Shown here: positions 44,472 to 60,081 of the stretch, in pieces
Position numbering within the stretch: position 1 is the stretch's first letter
Layout of the letters: the number at the start of each line of letters is the position of its first letter
Assembly: GCA_012295275.1 (NCBI GenBank)
Contig: CM022665.1
Span: 43,648,001 to 43,712,000, forward strand
Direction: 5' to 3'
From: Chrysomallon squamiferum
Taxonomy: Eukaryota > Animalia > Mollusca
DNA: 64,000 nucleotides
Notes under the pieces: generated by a model
Seen by the model: the letters and a program-made list of their open reading frames with translations, nothing else
What the model was told of the DNA's origin: nothing
Database searches by the model: none
Made by a program: the position numbers and the translations under genes

Positions 44472-45429
44472 TGAATAATATGAATAATAATAACGACATG
44501 TAAAATGTAAACTACATGAATATGTCTACGATTCTTTGTGTATACACATGTGTGTATGAATTTATTTATTTATTTATTTAATTATGTAGATGTACGTATG
44601 TACGTATGTATGTCTGAGTCTCTGTATGTATGTATGTATGTATGCATGTGTACGGAATGAATGACAGTTTAACGGCATTCCTGAACAAAACAATGACTGG
44701 CTGTTGGGTGTCATTATTTCCTGTAACAATAACAATAATAATGTACGTTTGTAATACATCTGTGTGTGTATATATAAATATATGACAATGTATTTCGAAA
44801 TAAAATTAATACTACGGCTATCACCAACATCACCACCATCACTACTACTACTACTACTACTACTACAACTACTACAACAACTACTACTATTACTATTACT
44901 ACAACTACTACTACAACAACTACTACTACAACTACGACAACTACTACTACTACTATCACTAATATCACTACTATTACCAGAACTTGTTATTGTTACTACT
45001 ACTACTATTATTACTACTGCAACAACAGCAACTACTACTACTACTACAACAACAGCAACAACTACTACAATTACTACTGCAACTACTACTACTACTACTA
45101 TTAGTACTTCTACTGCTACTACTACAAGTTCGACTACTATTACTACTACTACTGTCACCATAACTACAGCTGCACCTATCTGCTACTACTACTCCTACTA
45201 CCACTGCTACTTCTTCCTTTTTACTTCTTTGTCTGCAACTACAACTACTACTGGTATATAAAAAAAAAAAAAATCAAAATACATCATCATTAACATCTGT
45301 TACTAACACAACATTTTTGTCGTCGTAGTCGTCGTCATCGTCATCGTTGTTGCTATTGTTTTATTTTTTATTATTATTACTATTGTTATTCATGTTGTTG
45401 TTGTCGTTGTTGTATTACGATATTACCAC

Positions 45430-45900
45430 TGAAATAACTTCCGTATTAGGAAATGCGCATTGCGCAATTCAAACGGCACGCGCTTGTCTCTGTCTGTACG
45501 ATGTTATTTTAAAATGACCTTTACATCTGTAGCCTAAAGTATAACAAAAAAAAACCCACCTCATTTAATAATAAAAAAAAAATATATAAAAAATTTAAAA
45601 AATGTCCAAGTCACGTTTCAGATATTTATAAATGGAAATCCCGAAATTCTATGCTTATTCCTGGTCCCGACCGTTCCAGTTGTGACGTCACGTCAACAAG
45701 GTATTGCGCAAGTGTGACTGACTGCGTCTTAGTGGGAGGATGCAGTTGTTGAGTGATAGGCCGCGGGACTGTAACAGACAATTGTGACGTATCGTGGTCG
45801 CCGAAGTATTCGCTTGGCATGGTGCCAGCTCGGCGAAAACAAAGCGGCCATTGTTCGTGAAGGGTGGGCGTACTTTTAGTACGCGGACGAAAACCTTTTT
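45430..45900. promoter_or_regulatory. Candidate enhancer island (C/EBP, CRE, Rel-type)
   Basis: Perfect C/EBP palindrome ATTGCGCAAT 45459-45468, GGAAATCCC ~45633, TGACGTCACGTCA 45683-45695, ATTGCGCAAG ~45703. Confidence 0.42.
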
Positions 45901-46131
45901 TTTAACACACGCAAAATACTGAGATGTTCATTCATGCGAACAGACGATTGAAGGCAACATCGTAAATCTGTTTTAAATGACTTCGTTTTATTGACAGTCA
46001 CCCGCGACTGTCGATTTTAATACGAATATAAAATGTGGAGTGAATGCGGTGTTATATATATTTTTATATATATGTATATGTATATGTGTGTGTCTGTGTC
46101 TCTCTCTTTGTGTGTGTCTCTGTGTGTGTGT

Positions 46132-46196
<65 letters not shown>

Positions 46197-46486
46197 TTTC
46201 TGTGTGTGTGTGTGTGTGTGTTTGTTATTCGAAGCAGACCGTCATAGTGTGAGCGAATTAACACTATATGTAAACACTGGTTTATTTTTTTTTTTTTTTT
46301 TTTTTTTGTTGTCAGTTTGTTTAAATAATAAATATATTTGATTAAAAAAAGAAGAAGTAATAATAAATAAATAATAATGTTAAAAAATACAGTAAAATAA
46401 TGAATAAATATTTTCATAAACTGGGTTTTGAAATTTATAAATACAATAAATAAATAAATAAAGGAAGAAGAAAGTTCACCTCTCTG

Positions 46487-46589
<103 letters not shown>

Positions 46590-46829
46590 GCCTGTCTGTT
46601 TTTATCTCAAATATTTATTTCTCTTATATCTCTCTTTCTATTTTTAAAACAAACTTGCGCACAAATTCGTATGTGTATATATATTTATATTTAAGTAGAT
46701 TTCAAATAATATATTAACTCCTGTATATGGTATATGATAACATTTATACTTTGATACATATATATTTTTTTAATTATTATTTTATTACATTAGATTAATT
46801 AGAAATGATTAATAATTTCTTCCTTTCCG

Positions 46830-46877
<48 letters not shown>

Positions 46878-46964
46878 TATGTACCAAAACATTAAATTAA
46901 AAACTTTAAAAATACGATTATCAATTAAAATTACGGAAGTATTAAAAGATTTTATTGAGTGTCA

Positions 46965-47235
46965 ATCAATGCCAGTCACGTGACCGATGTTAATTGCTTG
47001 TTTAGACATTGATTGCAAACATGGAAATATAATTAGGCGTGTCACTATCAGTTTGATTGGAAAATTAACCTTATGACCCGTGTGACGTAATCACGGAATA
47101 GCCCGAGCTACTTGTCCGTAAATGTCACGAGCAGTTAATTAATGCATAAAGCTGCCACTTGCTGATAGCACGTGCAAACACTTTACAAAGAAAACGTGAC
47201 GTCCGTTTTATTGTTATTACGTAATTTCCTGGTTG
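46965..47235. promoter_or_regulatory. Candidate enhancer island (E-box and bZIP cluster)
   Basis: GTCACGTGAC 46975, TGACGTAA 47083, GCACGTGC ~47168, TTACGTAA ~47217. Confidence 0.38.
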
Positions 47236-47238
47236 AAA

Positions 47239-47273
<35 letters not shown>

Positions 47274-47580
47274 TTTATACATATGTTATTGTTGTGGTTG
47301 TTGTTGATGTTATTGTTATTATATACTTAAGTGCGTATATACAAACACACATATACACAGTTATATCAATTAAAAATTTGTTGTGATACAGTAGTAACAA
47401 ACTTGTCGTTTTAGTAGTGGGTGGTGGTGTTGTACATGTTCATATTTCAAAACGTAGTCATCTTCATCTTCTTCTTTTTTTTTACCGGATCATCATCATC
47501 AACATCATCATCCCGCTTGTCATCAACACTGACACTGACATCTTCAGTCATCATGTTCTTTGTAAGCTGAAAATTATGTT

Positions 47581-47790
<210 letters not shown>

Positions 47791-48235
47791 CAATCTCTGT
47801 CTGTCTGCCTGTCTGTCTCTCTGTCTATCGTACATAACTATTCCACTTTTTAAAGACCATAAAAGGTATCCAGACAAGAGGTATTTCCCATTCGTACAGT
47901 TTTAAAAATATCTCAATGCGACTCCGATTTTAGTCCATCCTAAACGAGTGGCCAGCAGTTCACGTTATCAGGAAATGTAAACATCACGACACCAGTGACT
48001 GAAATAGCGGTGGTTTCAGGAGTGGACAGATAACTGGCATCTTTCCACAAAGAATAAATTGTCCGCACACACCTTTCTGACAACGCTAATGTTGACTGTT
48101 TAATTACGTCTTGACAAAGAAGTCGGACAGATATTTAACAGAAGTCGAAACACTCATGTACACACCTTCACCCAACAACTAAACCACACATATACACACA
48201 AATACATACAGATACATCAAAACATACACATATAC

Positions 48236-48290
<55 letters not shown>

Positions 48291-48649
48291 CATACAGACA
48301 CATACATACACACAAACATACACACATACACACAAATTCATACAGACATAAACATATACATACATACACACATACTTACATATATATATATACTCATAGA
48401 TACACACACACAAATGCACACACATACACACATACATACATATATGTACATACACAAACACACACATAAACATATATACATACACACACACATACATATA
48501 TATACACACATATATATATATACACACAGATACACACATACATACACACACAAACACAAATACAAACACACACATACATACATATATACACACACACAAA
48601 ACACACACACACAAACACACAAACACCATAACAAAAAGACCACACACAA

Positions 48650-48744
48650 AAACACAAAACATACAAATTATTCACCGCTTACGAATCACACATTCGAATG
48701 AGAAAACAAATAACTGGCAGTATTAACACAAACACACATATTCA

Positions 48745-48795
<51 letters not shown>

Positions 48796-48891
48796 AAAAC
48801 ACACAAAACATAACCAAATTATTCTTTACCGCTTACAAATCGTTTCTACGTGATTCGAATGAGAAGTAACAAATAACTGGCAGTATTAACA
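48650..48891. repeat. Local ~150-bp tandem duplication separated by (CA)n
   Basis: aaattattc..accgcttac.aatc...attcgaatgagaa..aacaaataactggcagtattaaca occurs at ~48665-48728 and ~48816-48891. Confidence 0.85.
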
Positions 48892-49386
48892 GATCGCCCG
48901 GTCCACATAATCGAACGTTGACAGAAATAACAGATTATCTGAAATGTTTGTTTTTATCACAGGAAAACTACAACGTCCACCAGACACACCTGGTCTTAAT
49001 TACACCTCTACCTCTGATCGGATTAAGTTGATTAAAATCAAAGGGCAAAAATCATCTAAAATTAATCGTTTGATTGTGTGACTGTTCGTATTTGTTTTCC
49101 TATGATTACTTTGTTTGTGTGTATTTGCCAGTGTAGGCCTACATTATATATGCATGTATCTTGTGTGACTGTGTGTCTGTGTGTGTGTATGTTTGTATAT
49201 TATATATATGTATGTATGTATGTTGTGTGTGTCTGTGTGTGTATGTGTGTATGTATGTATGTATGTATGTATGTATGTATGTATGTATGTATGTATGTAT
49301 GTATGTATGAATGTGTATGTATGTATGTATGTATGTATATGTATGTATGCATATATATATATAAGCAAATGTGTATCTGTAGGTAA

Positions 49387-49422
<36 letters not shown>

Positions 49423-49513
49423 GCTGTCTGTCTACTTCTCTCTCTCTCTCTATTTATCTATCTATATGTCTATCTGACCGTCTATCTATCTATCTATTTA
49501 CATATATGTATAT

Positions 49514-49565
<52 letters not shown>

Positions 49566-50302
49566 GAGGATGTATGGCTGTATATTTACGCACGTGTGCA
49601 AAAAAAAAAAAAAAAAAAAAATTCTAAACGTCTTTTCATCCGTAACCGAACCGTTTACAAGCATGCAGTAATAACTTGAATTAATGACAACATCAAAAGC
49701 GAATTATTAATAACTGCAGTCACGTTGATAAGGTGAATGGGTAAGGCAGGGATGGAGCCTGTATTCAAGCTGCCTAGAAAAAGAAAACAGAATAAAAACA
49801 TTTAAAAGACACCACTGATATGTTAATTTGTGGACCACGCCTAAATTATCTAGTCGGATTATCACGATAATAACAACAACGACGACTACGACGGCGGTGA
49901 TGATGAAGAAAAGGTGCGTCGTGCGAGTTAGCAGCAAACAAACAACGTAGTACAAGTGGTAGTTGTGTAAAAAACCGCAGACGTTGTTGTTGTTGTCGTT
50001 GTTGTTGTTGTAATGTTAATGGCGGTTGAAGTAGTGGTAAAGTCATTTAGTAGTTCTGGTAATAGTGATAGTACTAGTAGATGTAGTAGCAGAGTAGTAT
50101 AGTAGTAGTAGTAGTAGTAGTAGTTTTAGCAGCAGTAGTTGTTATAGAAATAGTTGTGGGAGTGGATGTAGTAGTGGTCGTAGTGGCAATCATAACAGCA
50201 CTCCTTGATGCTGTTGTCGTAGTTGTATGTGTCGGCATTACTACTGCTAATAATCACAAGACCACCAGTAATAAAAATCGTCGTTGTAATAGTAGTAAAA
50301 CC

Positions 50303-51106
<804 letters not shown>

Positions 51107-51557
51107 CAGTAAATTGATCATCGTCATAATCATAAAATACATTTTCTCATTTACGTCTTTGTCGTCATCGTCATCGTCATCATCATCAGCATCATTAACT
51201 GTCAACTTCTCCTCCTCGTCTTGCACGTCGTCGCTGACGTGTTCGTTAACATCGTCATTCACTAATTGTTATCAGATTTGAAAACGTAATACGGCGTCAT
51301 AAAACGAGAAAAGGACTAAACAGAGGCCATAAACGAAGATAATAAAATGTTCCTTCGTTAGCCGTCGACAGACTGAGCCAGCAATATAACAATATAAATA
51401 AGTAAAACAATAAAGCAATAAAAGCTGAGTGGAGTGCAGATTAAGAAGGGTTCAACGACGTTTTCGTTTCTAGATTTTTTGCTGATCTGTTCGCGGAAAG
51501 AAACTGAGGTGATACTGATAGTGAGATAACAGAGAAGGGAGGAAGTGTGTTTGAGAT

Positions 51558-51660
<103 letters not shown>

Positions 51661-51847
51661 CGCAAGAGAGACATATGCAGAGAGAATGAAAGAGAGTAAT
51701 ATGAAAAGAAAAAAATAGAGATACAAAGTAATAGTGAGTGAAAGATGGAAGGAGACGGAAACAGTGACGGAGAGAGAGAAAGAGACATAGAACAAGAAAC
51801 ACAAGAATATAGAAATAAAGATATATATGGCGAGAATTAGGATGGCA

Positions 51848-51925
<78 letters not shown>

Positions 51926-52802
51926 CGTAGTCAAGTAATACGAAAAGAAAATGAAAAAAGAAGGTACTATGCAAGAGAGAGAGAGAAAAAAAAATAACAA
52001 ACCAGAGAGAAATATTTATATACATATATTATATATATATAATTATATTAATCTGTAAATAATCTGAAATCTGTCTGCACTCGTTGAAGTCAGAATCGAG
52101 TCTAACACGGACTCAGACACAGGAAACTCTATATCTGGTGTCCCGAAACAGTGTTAGCGTTGTTCAGTTCGCCTGATAAATAACATTAGATAATCAAAAT
52201 TTGAACCTTATTTGTTTACCAGCAACCACTAATCAACATACGTGTCAGCGTTGAAGATGACGACGTCTGGGAAAGATAGTTCTGACCACGTCGCTCACGT
52301 CATAGCTTTGTTTGACCGATGGTCATTTTTATCGTCCGGTCGATCTGTCTATCCGTCAAACTGTTGAGTTTGTTTTTGATTCGACAGAATATCTTTGATG
52401 ATAGAAAAACGAAAAAACTGAATAAATTATGTTGTTATGAAGATGATGATGATAATAATAATAAAAAGTTGAATAATGTGAAGTAAACCAACCACAACGA
52501 CAACAACAGCTGCAGTAGTAGTAGTAATAATAATAATAGATGTGCAGTACTGGTGGTAGAAGTACTGCTGATAGTGGTGTTGTAGTAGTAGTAGTAGTAG
52601 TAGTAGTTGTAGAAGTATTATTAACAGTAGTTTAGTAGTAGTAGAAGTTGTAGTAGTAGTAGTAGTGGCAGTTGTACCAACAATACTAAAACATCAAGTA
52701 ACAAAAGTAGTGGTAGTTGTAGCAATAACAGCTAAACATGTAGTACTAGCTGCAGTAGCAGGAGTGGATGTGATAGAGGTAAAAACAAGGACAATATAAA
52801 CT

Positions 52803-52836
<34 letters not shown>

Positions 52837-52984
52837 TAATAATAATAAATAATAATAATAATAATTGAATAATAATAATAAATAATAATAATAATTGAAT
52901 AATAATAATAATAATAACAATAACAATAATAATAAATAATAATAATAATAAATATAATAATAATAATAAATAATAATAATAATA

Positions 52985-53026
<42 letters not shown>

Positions 53027-53454
53027 CATCGTCATCATCATCATCATCATCATCAGATGATTATTACTGTTATGACTATGTTTCTTCGAACACGCCCTGT
53101 GACACACAGGTCTGATGTTGAAGCTGGACGCTACTGGGTTCACGTCTGACTTTGGACCAGGGTGTATTGTGACAGTTTATTAAACCTGCGCACTATCACA
53201 TTACAGCCATTTTATACCCACGTGTATGTTATATATAGATGTCGATAAAAAAAAAATAATAATAAAAAAAAGTTAATGAGAGATCATCAACATAAGGGAT
53301 TTTCTATTACTATTACATGTAAGAGGATGGACCATAAAGTGTTAGATAACTAACTACTCACGTTCTACTGATTATCTAACACACTAACTAACTAAACGCA
53401 CTATGTTAGAAAGATAAATCAACTGTCATTTTTTTTATTTTTTTTGTCCTGGAT

Positions 53455-53505
<51 letters not shown>

Positions 53506-53648
53506 AGCATCATGCTCTGATTAGAATGTTAAAAACCTTCACCAGTTCCCATTACTCGTTCTGAATTAAAAAAAAAAAAAAATATATATATTTTATATAA
53601 TCTTTTCTTTATTTTCTCTATCTCCATCTTCGTGAATACAGCGTACAC

Positions 53649-53682
<34 letters not shown>

Positions 53683-54038
53683 TTATTTCGGCTTCAGAAA
53701 CTGACTGTGTAGAGGTGCCCAAGGTTTTTAGTTAGTGAATAGTTTTCATTATGTGAGTCGTATTGTCATCACTATTAGGTTTTTCTCCCAGGCTGGTCTT
53801 TCGTGTGTGAAATTGTAAGAAGTAGTAAGCTCTGTACTCTTTATAATAAGTAAATCTTTGAAAGGAATACGTAATTATATACGTATATATATATATCTAT
53901 GTGTGTGTGTATGTATAGTGATAGATGTGAGAGGTAGAGAGATGGAAGGAAAGATAGAGAAAGAAATACAGATCACACAATGGAACACAGAGACTGATTA
54001 TAAAGATACATAAAGAGAGTCAGAGGGGAAGAGAAATT

Positions 54039-54086
<48 letters not shown>

Positions 54087-54262
54087 TTACAGAATCAGAG
54101 AGAGAGAGAGAGATAGAGATAGAGAGAGAGAGAAAGAGACAGAGACAGAGAGAGAGAGAAGGAAATAGAGCGACTACAGAAACAGAGAGCAAGAGAGAGA
54201 GAGAGAGACAGAGAGAGAGAGAGACAGAGAGAGAGACAGAGAGAAAGAAAGAGAGACTACAG

Positions 54263-54337
<75 letters not shown>

Positions 54338-54852
54338 AGCGATTCGTAATTAAATAACCGGAAAACAAAAAAAACGAAACAAAACATGTAGCTATTTCTC
54401 TGTCGAGGTTGGATATCAACTGACATTGGTGGAAAACCGAATTCTCGCCGAGCGATCTAAATAAACCTTCACAACCAAAAAAAACCCCACTTTTTAAAAA
54501 AATAATCCACACAGTAACATCGCTCCCACTTTTCAACAAACCCTGAATCCACACCCCACCCCACCCCACCCCTCTCCCTCTCCCTCTCTCTCATGATTGA
54601 CACCGATCACTGACTGCCCTGAAAAGGTAACTAACTAACTAACTCTCTGCCCACCATTTTAAACACGAACGTTGTGTTAACGTTGGCGAGCGATGAACGA
54701 TGCAGTATGTGGACGACACGTTTGTGAAAGTACAGTGTAAAATGTTCGTGTGTATCCGCTGTAGTACTAAGTGGCTGTCGAATTCTGACAAGTGCAGCGT
54801 GGCAATGCGCCAAGTCCAATACAATGGAGTCATTTAGAAAAAGTGACGTCGA

Positions 54853-54884
<32 letters not shown>

Positions 54885-55080
54885 GTTATACTCTCTCTCC
54901 CTCTCCCGCCTACCTCTTTGGTTTTTGTCGTCTGCTGACTGTGCTAGATGTATATATATATATATGTCAGAAGTCCAAAAAAAAATTTCTCTCCATTTTT
55001 TTTTTTTTTTAATAATATACGAACATGCGAAAGTCCTATTTCACCGGTTCGTTTTCGTTTTGTGAGCAGAAGTGATGAAT

Positions 55081-55111
<31 letters not shown>

Positions 55112-55845
55112 CTCTGTGTGTGTGGTGTATTTTTGGTTTAAAAAAAAAAAAAAAAAAAAAATATGTATATCTTTTTTTGTAAGTGATATTTATGGCACGT
55201 TTTTAAATTAGAAAAATGTATGTATGTATGTTTGTGTGTGTGTGTGTGTGTTTTTGTGTGTATATTGTGTTTGCCTTCATTTACGAATATGTGAAAATGT
55301 ATATAATGTAAACAGATAAATGGATAACTAGACAGATACATACACACAAACAAACATATATACATACATACAAATTATAACACACTGACACACACACACA
55401 TGTCAAGGGTACAAAAATTTGTCATTACAATAATACCATTGTCTTTTTCTTTCGTACAGTAACAAGTTCACTCTAAAGTGACACGAGTTGGGTTTTTAGA
55501 TAAGAAACCCTCCATTAACGATCTTGTACGTTGTCAAATAACCACACAAAGTACACAGAACCACTCTCTGATTCACTAGTACATGTGTACACAAACCAGC
55601 GAGTCTGGCGCACTGGTTAAAACACGTGTCTCTTAGACTGACAGCTACCTCGATCTCCTCCCAGTCCTAGCTACTGCCGAGAATAGAACCGAGAAGCCTA
55701 AGACTACTACTTCGTCCTCGTCTCTTTATAACCAAGACTGTATTGTATACACATTTTTAAAGATAATTTATTTCTTTTAGTCTTCTTGTTCCTCATCATC
55801 ATCATCATCATCATCGTCGTCTTCTTCTTCTTCTTCTTCTTCTTT

Positions 55846-55876
<31 letters not shown>

Positions 55877-55880
55877 TTAT

Positions 55881-55935
<55 letters not shown>

Positions 55936-57108
55936 TTATTTTATTTTATTTTATTTATTTATTTATTTTTTTGCCATAGGTAGACGCATTAATTAACCAA
56001 TTGACACAGAAATTTTATAATTTAGAATAAGATAAGACAGACAGACATTCAGTCTTTGACAAATTCGGGTATAAAGCTAAACAAGCCTTTTTATTCGTTA
56101 AGAGGCCTCACAGCCTTGTTACTGATCAACTATTACAGCTTAGAGGCCTCCAGTATGACGTGACAGCCTTTTGCTGTAATACAGCCTTATTATCAGTGAT
56201 AATATTTATTAAAAAAGGGTCTTTGCAGCTTAGAGCCTCTGAAGATCTAACACGCAAAACTGAATCAGATTCATTATCTTCAGATGAATGGCTGTGTAGG
56301 TTTGCATAAACTAGGTGGTCGCGATAAGCAAGTATGCTTTACGATATATTTGGTATAATCCAAATTTTATACAGTCTTAATGTGCGTTAACTAAACTGAA
56401 TAGAAAGTTATTAACTGTATTCTTATTTTCTTAAGATATGTAACAAAATTTGAAAAAAACGTTTGTTATATGAAAAAAATATAAAGACCAATGTCCACTG
56501 CCGTCTGTTTTACATGAAACATTTTATTTCCGATTCACATATATGAATATTTATACCGATTAACTTACGTTTAGTGTAATAAAACATAATAAAACAAAAA
56601 CAAAACAAACTGGAAACAGACAAACAAACAAATAAATAAATAATAAATATTAAAATATAGAAAATTTAAAAATTTATATATGAAAATAAACGAAACTTTT
56701 ACAGTCAGTCAACACAGCACCTACCTACACGTTTTACATAGGAAACCATTGAACAGTAAAATTTATGACAACAACTCCCTGCCTGCCACGTTAACAAAAC
56801 AACAATGATTACTGTTGTAATTGCTAAAAAAAAAATGTGCCTGGACACACACACTCACACACACACACACTTGCCACGTCACAAAGCATCTTTAATCCTG
56901 CTCGTGCTGGAACCAGATCGTAATCGTGGTCACGTGACTCAAGGGGTTCCTTCCCGTTTGCTTCCCTGTGTAGAAGTATCCGGTTTAACTCGAAACGGCG
57001 TCGAGTTCCATTGTTCTCCGGTTACTGGATTTGGCGCAGTTACTAAACAAACTGTTACATGTATTTATTTTACCAAAAACCACAAAAATTTGTCACTGCA
57101 GCACCGAG

Positions 57109-57260
57109 CAGAATAGGTTATTGTTGTACCAACAGAATTGGTGTATTGTTGTATCAACAGAATTGGTTTATTGTTGTACCAAACAGAATGGGTTTATTGT
57201 TACACCAACGGGATGGATCGTTAGTTTATTTACAGAACGGCTTATTTGTTATACCAGAAC
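57109..57260. repeat. Degenerate ~25-bp tandem repeat
   Basis: cagaattggtttattgttgtaccaa-like unit, 4 clear copies followed by decayed ones. Confidence 0.75.
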
Positions 57261-57570
57261 ACTAATAATGGTTTTATAGTGGTTAAGTAGTTGGTCCTAT
57301 AACTGCGAGGTGCCGAGATCTCATCCTTGTACCGGGTTCTCAGGAAGAATGTGTAGACTGCTAATTTCTCTTTCTTCTGTTGTACATATAAGTTATATAA
57401 TTATAATACACAGCGTATCATACAGTAAGTAGTTTACGAATCACTTTAGAAAGCTGTTGTGAAGTCCTCGAGTTTTTGTTTGTGAAGAAAATGTTGTGGT
57501 ACGTGTTTCCCTGACTCTTGGTGGTAACTGGCAGGAGTAACTCCTCTGGTTTGATTGTTATGAAGAAACT

Positions 57571-57714
57571 GACGCCTAAGTGACGTTTATGTTAAAATGT
57601 GTTTAGATGTCTAAGTGACGTTTATGTTAAACTGTGTTTAGACGTCTAAGTGAAGTTTATGTTAAATTGTGTTTAGATATCTAAGTGACGTTTATGTTAA
57701 AATGTGTTTAGATG
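57571..57714. repeat. 35-bp minisatellite, 4 copies
   Basis: ctaagtgacgtttatgttaaaatgtgtttagatgt starts at 57576, 57611, 57646 and 57681. Confidence 0.93.
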
Positions 57715-59287
57715 CCGTTCCTGTTAACACTCGTAATACAGAACAGTGCACATATCAACATATACACAAACGTGTATATACAGACCACATACGTACATTC
57801 TTACTTACACAGGTATATACATACATACATACAGAGACGCATACATAAATACATACAAAGATATATACACACTTACATACATACATACACAATACACTTC
57901 AACACACATACAAACAAACATACAAAACCATTCATATATAAAATACTCATTTTGGTATTTATGTGTTTGTAACACAAACAAAACATACATACATACATAC
58001 ATACATAAATGGCTAGTTACACACGCACACACACACACACACCCACACACACACACACACGTCACATATATGAAGCTATAAGGAAGTTTTATCTTAATTA
58101 CCGACATCAAAGTAAACACCTGGATTATACCTACCTACCTACATCAGGTTCTCATTTAAAGGTGTTGAATCGACCGATTCAGTTTTAACACATAGAATAT
58201 ACAATTTTCCTATACGCTGTAGTGTTGTTTATACAGGTGCCCGTTATCAATATTTCTCACAACTTACAACTTTAAACGGCTCAGTACGAAGTCATAGTTA
58301 GGATTACAACTGATAGTAAGATGAACTTTTTCATATTTCGCGTTGCTTACTCGTTTTAATAAATATTTATTTACTTAGAAAAGTGGTTGAGCGATGCTTG
58401 GACAGACGTTAATTGTAAGGAAAGAAAAAAAGAAAGAAAGAAAGAAATCAAAGAAAGGAAAGAATGAAAGATAACTTGAGAGGAAAGAAAAAAGAATGAA
58501 AGAAGAAGACGAAAGTTTTTAGTATTTCAGTAACGTTACTGAAAATATGTCCATATTTATTCCCTTTTAACGTTATTTAATAAAAATAAAAATAATAATA
58601 ATAATAATTTCAGTTAATACAAACAGTAACAAAACGTCCCCATTACGTTCGTTTTACGTCATAAAAAGAGTTCTATGAATTTTTCAGTTACGCACGTTAA
58701 CCGTTAAAAAAAAAAAAAAAAAAAAAAATCTAGCAGCAGCGAGTATTTCAGTAATATTATCGAATATATGTCCTTATTACGGTTTAACATTATTTATATA
58801 AACATTTCAGCGTATTTTATTTTTATGATATATTTTTTTAAAAATACGAATAGAAACAAAAACGTTTACGTGTTATGTTACGTTACGTTTCTCGGAAAAA
58901 ATCTCTTCGACGTTAGGCGAAAGAGAAAAAGAGAGAAAGTGAAATGCGCTGCGTTCAGTTTCGTGTTCACGCTCAGCTCACACTGACACGTGTTCATTTT
59001 CCACGTACGATTACACGAATCGTGGGAATGCCGAGTGTCCATCTGCCAAGGTCAAGGTCACTTCGTCGTCGGCTGCGGCGGACAAGATAAATTAAATAAA
59101 TCATTTGCCAGTTTGGTTTTCATACACATACACACACACACACACACAGTGTCGTTGTACTCGAATCAGGACGGTAACAGCGGGGAGGGAGTGAGGGGGT
59201 TGGGGGACGTAGGGGGCGAATCCAGCGTACGTGCTAATGATCCTCAGAAATTACATTCATCAGAACAGTACGAGTATGCGTAGTAAG

Positions 59288-59641
59288 GGTAGATCTATTG
59301 TTTAAAAAAGGGGTGGGGGGCGGAGGGGGCGCGGTCGTTCGTTATAATAAATCTTTCAAGATGAAATGTTTCGTTGTGAAGAAATTGAATTCCTTGAACT
59401 AGCGACTCGTTTTGTTTTATTTGATGTAGTTGAATGTAGCATGCAGGACCACCTCCCCACCTTTTAAAACCCATTAGACCCGCCCGCCGTATGGCTGAAA
59501 TCAAATTGTGCAGATTGGGTTACGGTATTTATTCCAGTACATAAAACAATTATTCGATATCCATTGATGGTGTGTCTTATCATTTATATGTGGATGTATG
59601 AGGGTAATATGCACAACCCTTTAAAAACCACTAGATCCGCC
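59288..59641. mobile_element. Probable degraded MITE with GGCGGATCTAG-type terminal inverted repeats
   Basis: The left end ggtagatctattgtttaaaaaagggg is an imperfect inverse of the right end aaccctttaaaaaccactagatccgcc. Related ends occur at ~59455-59488, ~59797-59825 and ~39098-39112. Confidence 0.45.
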
Positions 59642-60050
59642 AATAACTAGATATGTGATATGTGATATTTTATGTGTGTATATACACACACTCAGTATTT
59701 TTATTAAACAGTATTTATTCAAATACATAAATTTAAAATTTGATACCCACATATAGTATTCCGTCATTTGTGCGGTTATATATATGTGGCCATGTACCAC
59801 CCTTTTAAAAAATCACTAGACCCGTGGATATTTTAAACAAGCAATAAAATGAAACGTAAACAAAATACAGCACTGAACGTAGTCAAAACTGATAGGACAG
59901 AGAATACAAACAACGCATTGACCTCGTATCAAATTGCGCAGTCGAGTTTTGATCCCTCCATATCACCCCATTGATAAAACACATACGTAGCAGTTCCTTA
60001 GGGCTGTAGTAAAAACGTTATTAATCTACGGAATATGCGTACGTGCCTAC

Positions 60051-60081
<31 letters not shown>

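Noticed and set aside
53100-57345. Short tRNA-SINE-like fragments near 53110-53165 and 57277-57340
   Set aside because: Too short and diverged to support from the sequence alone.
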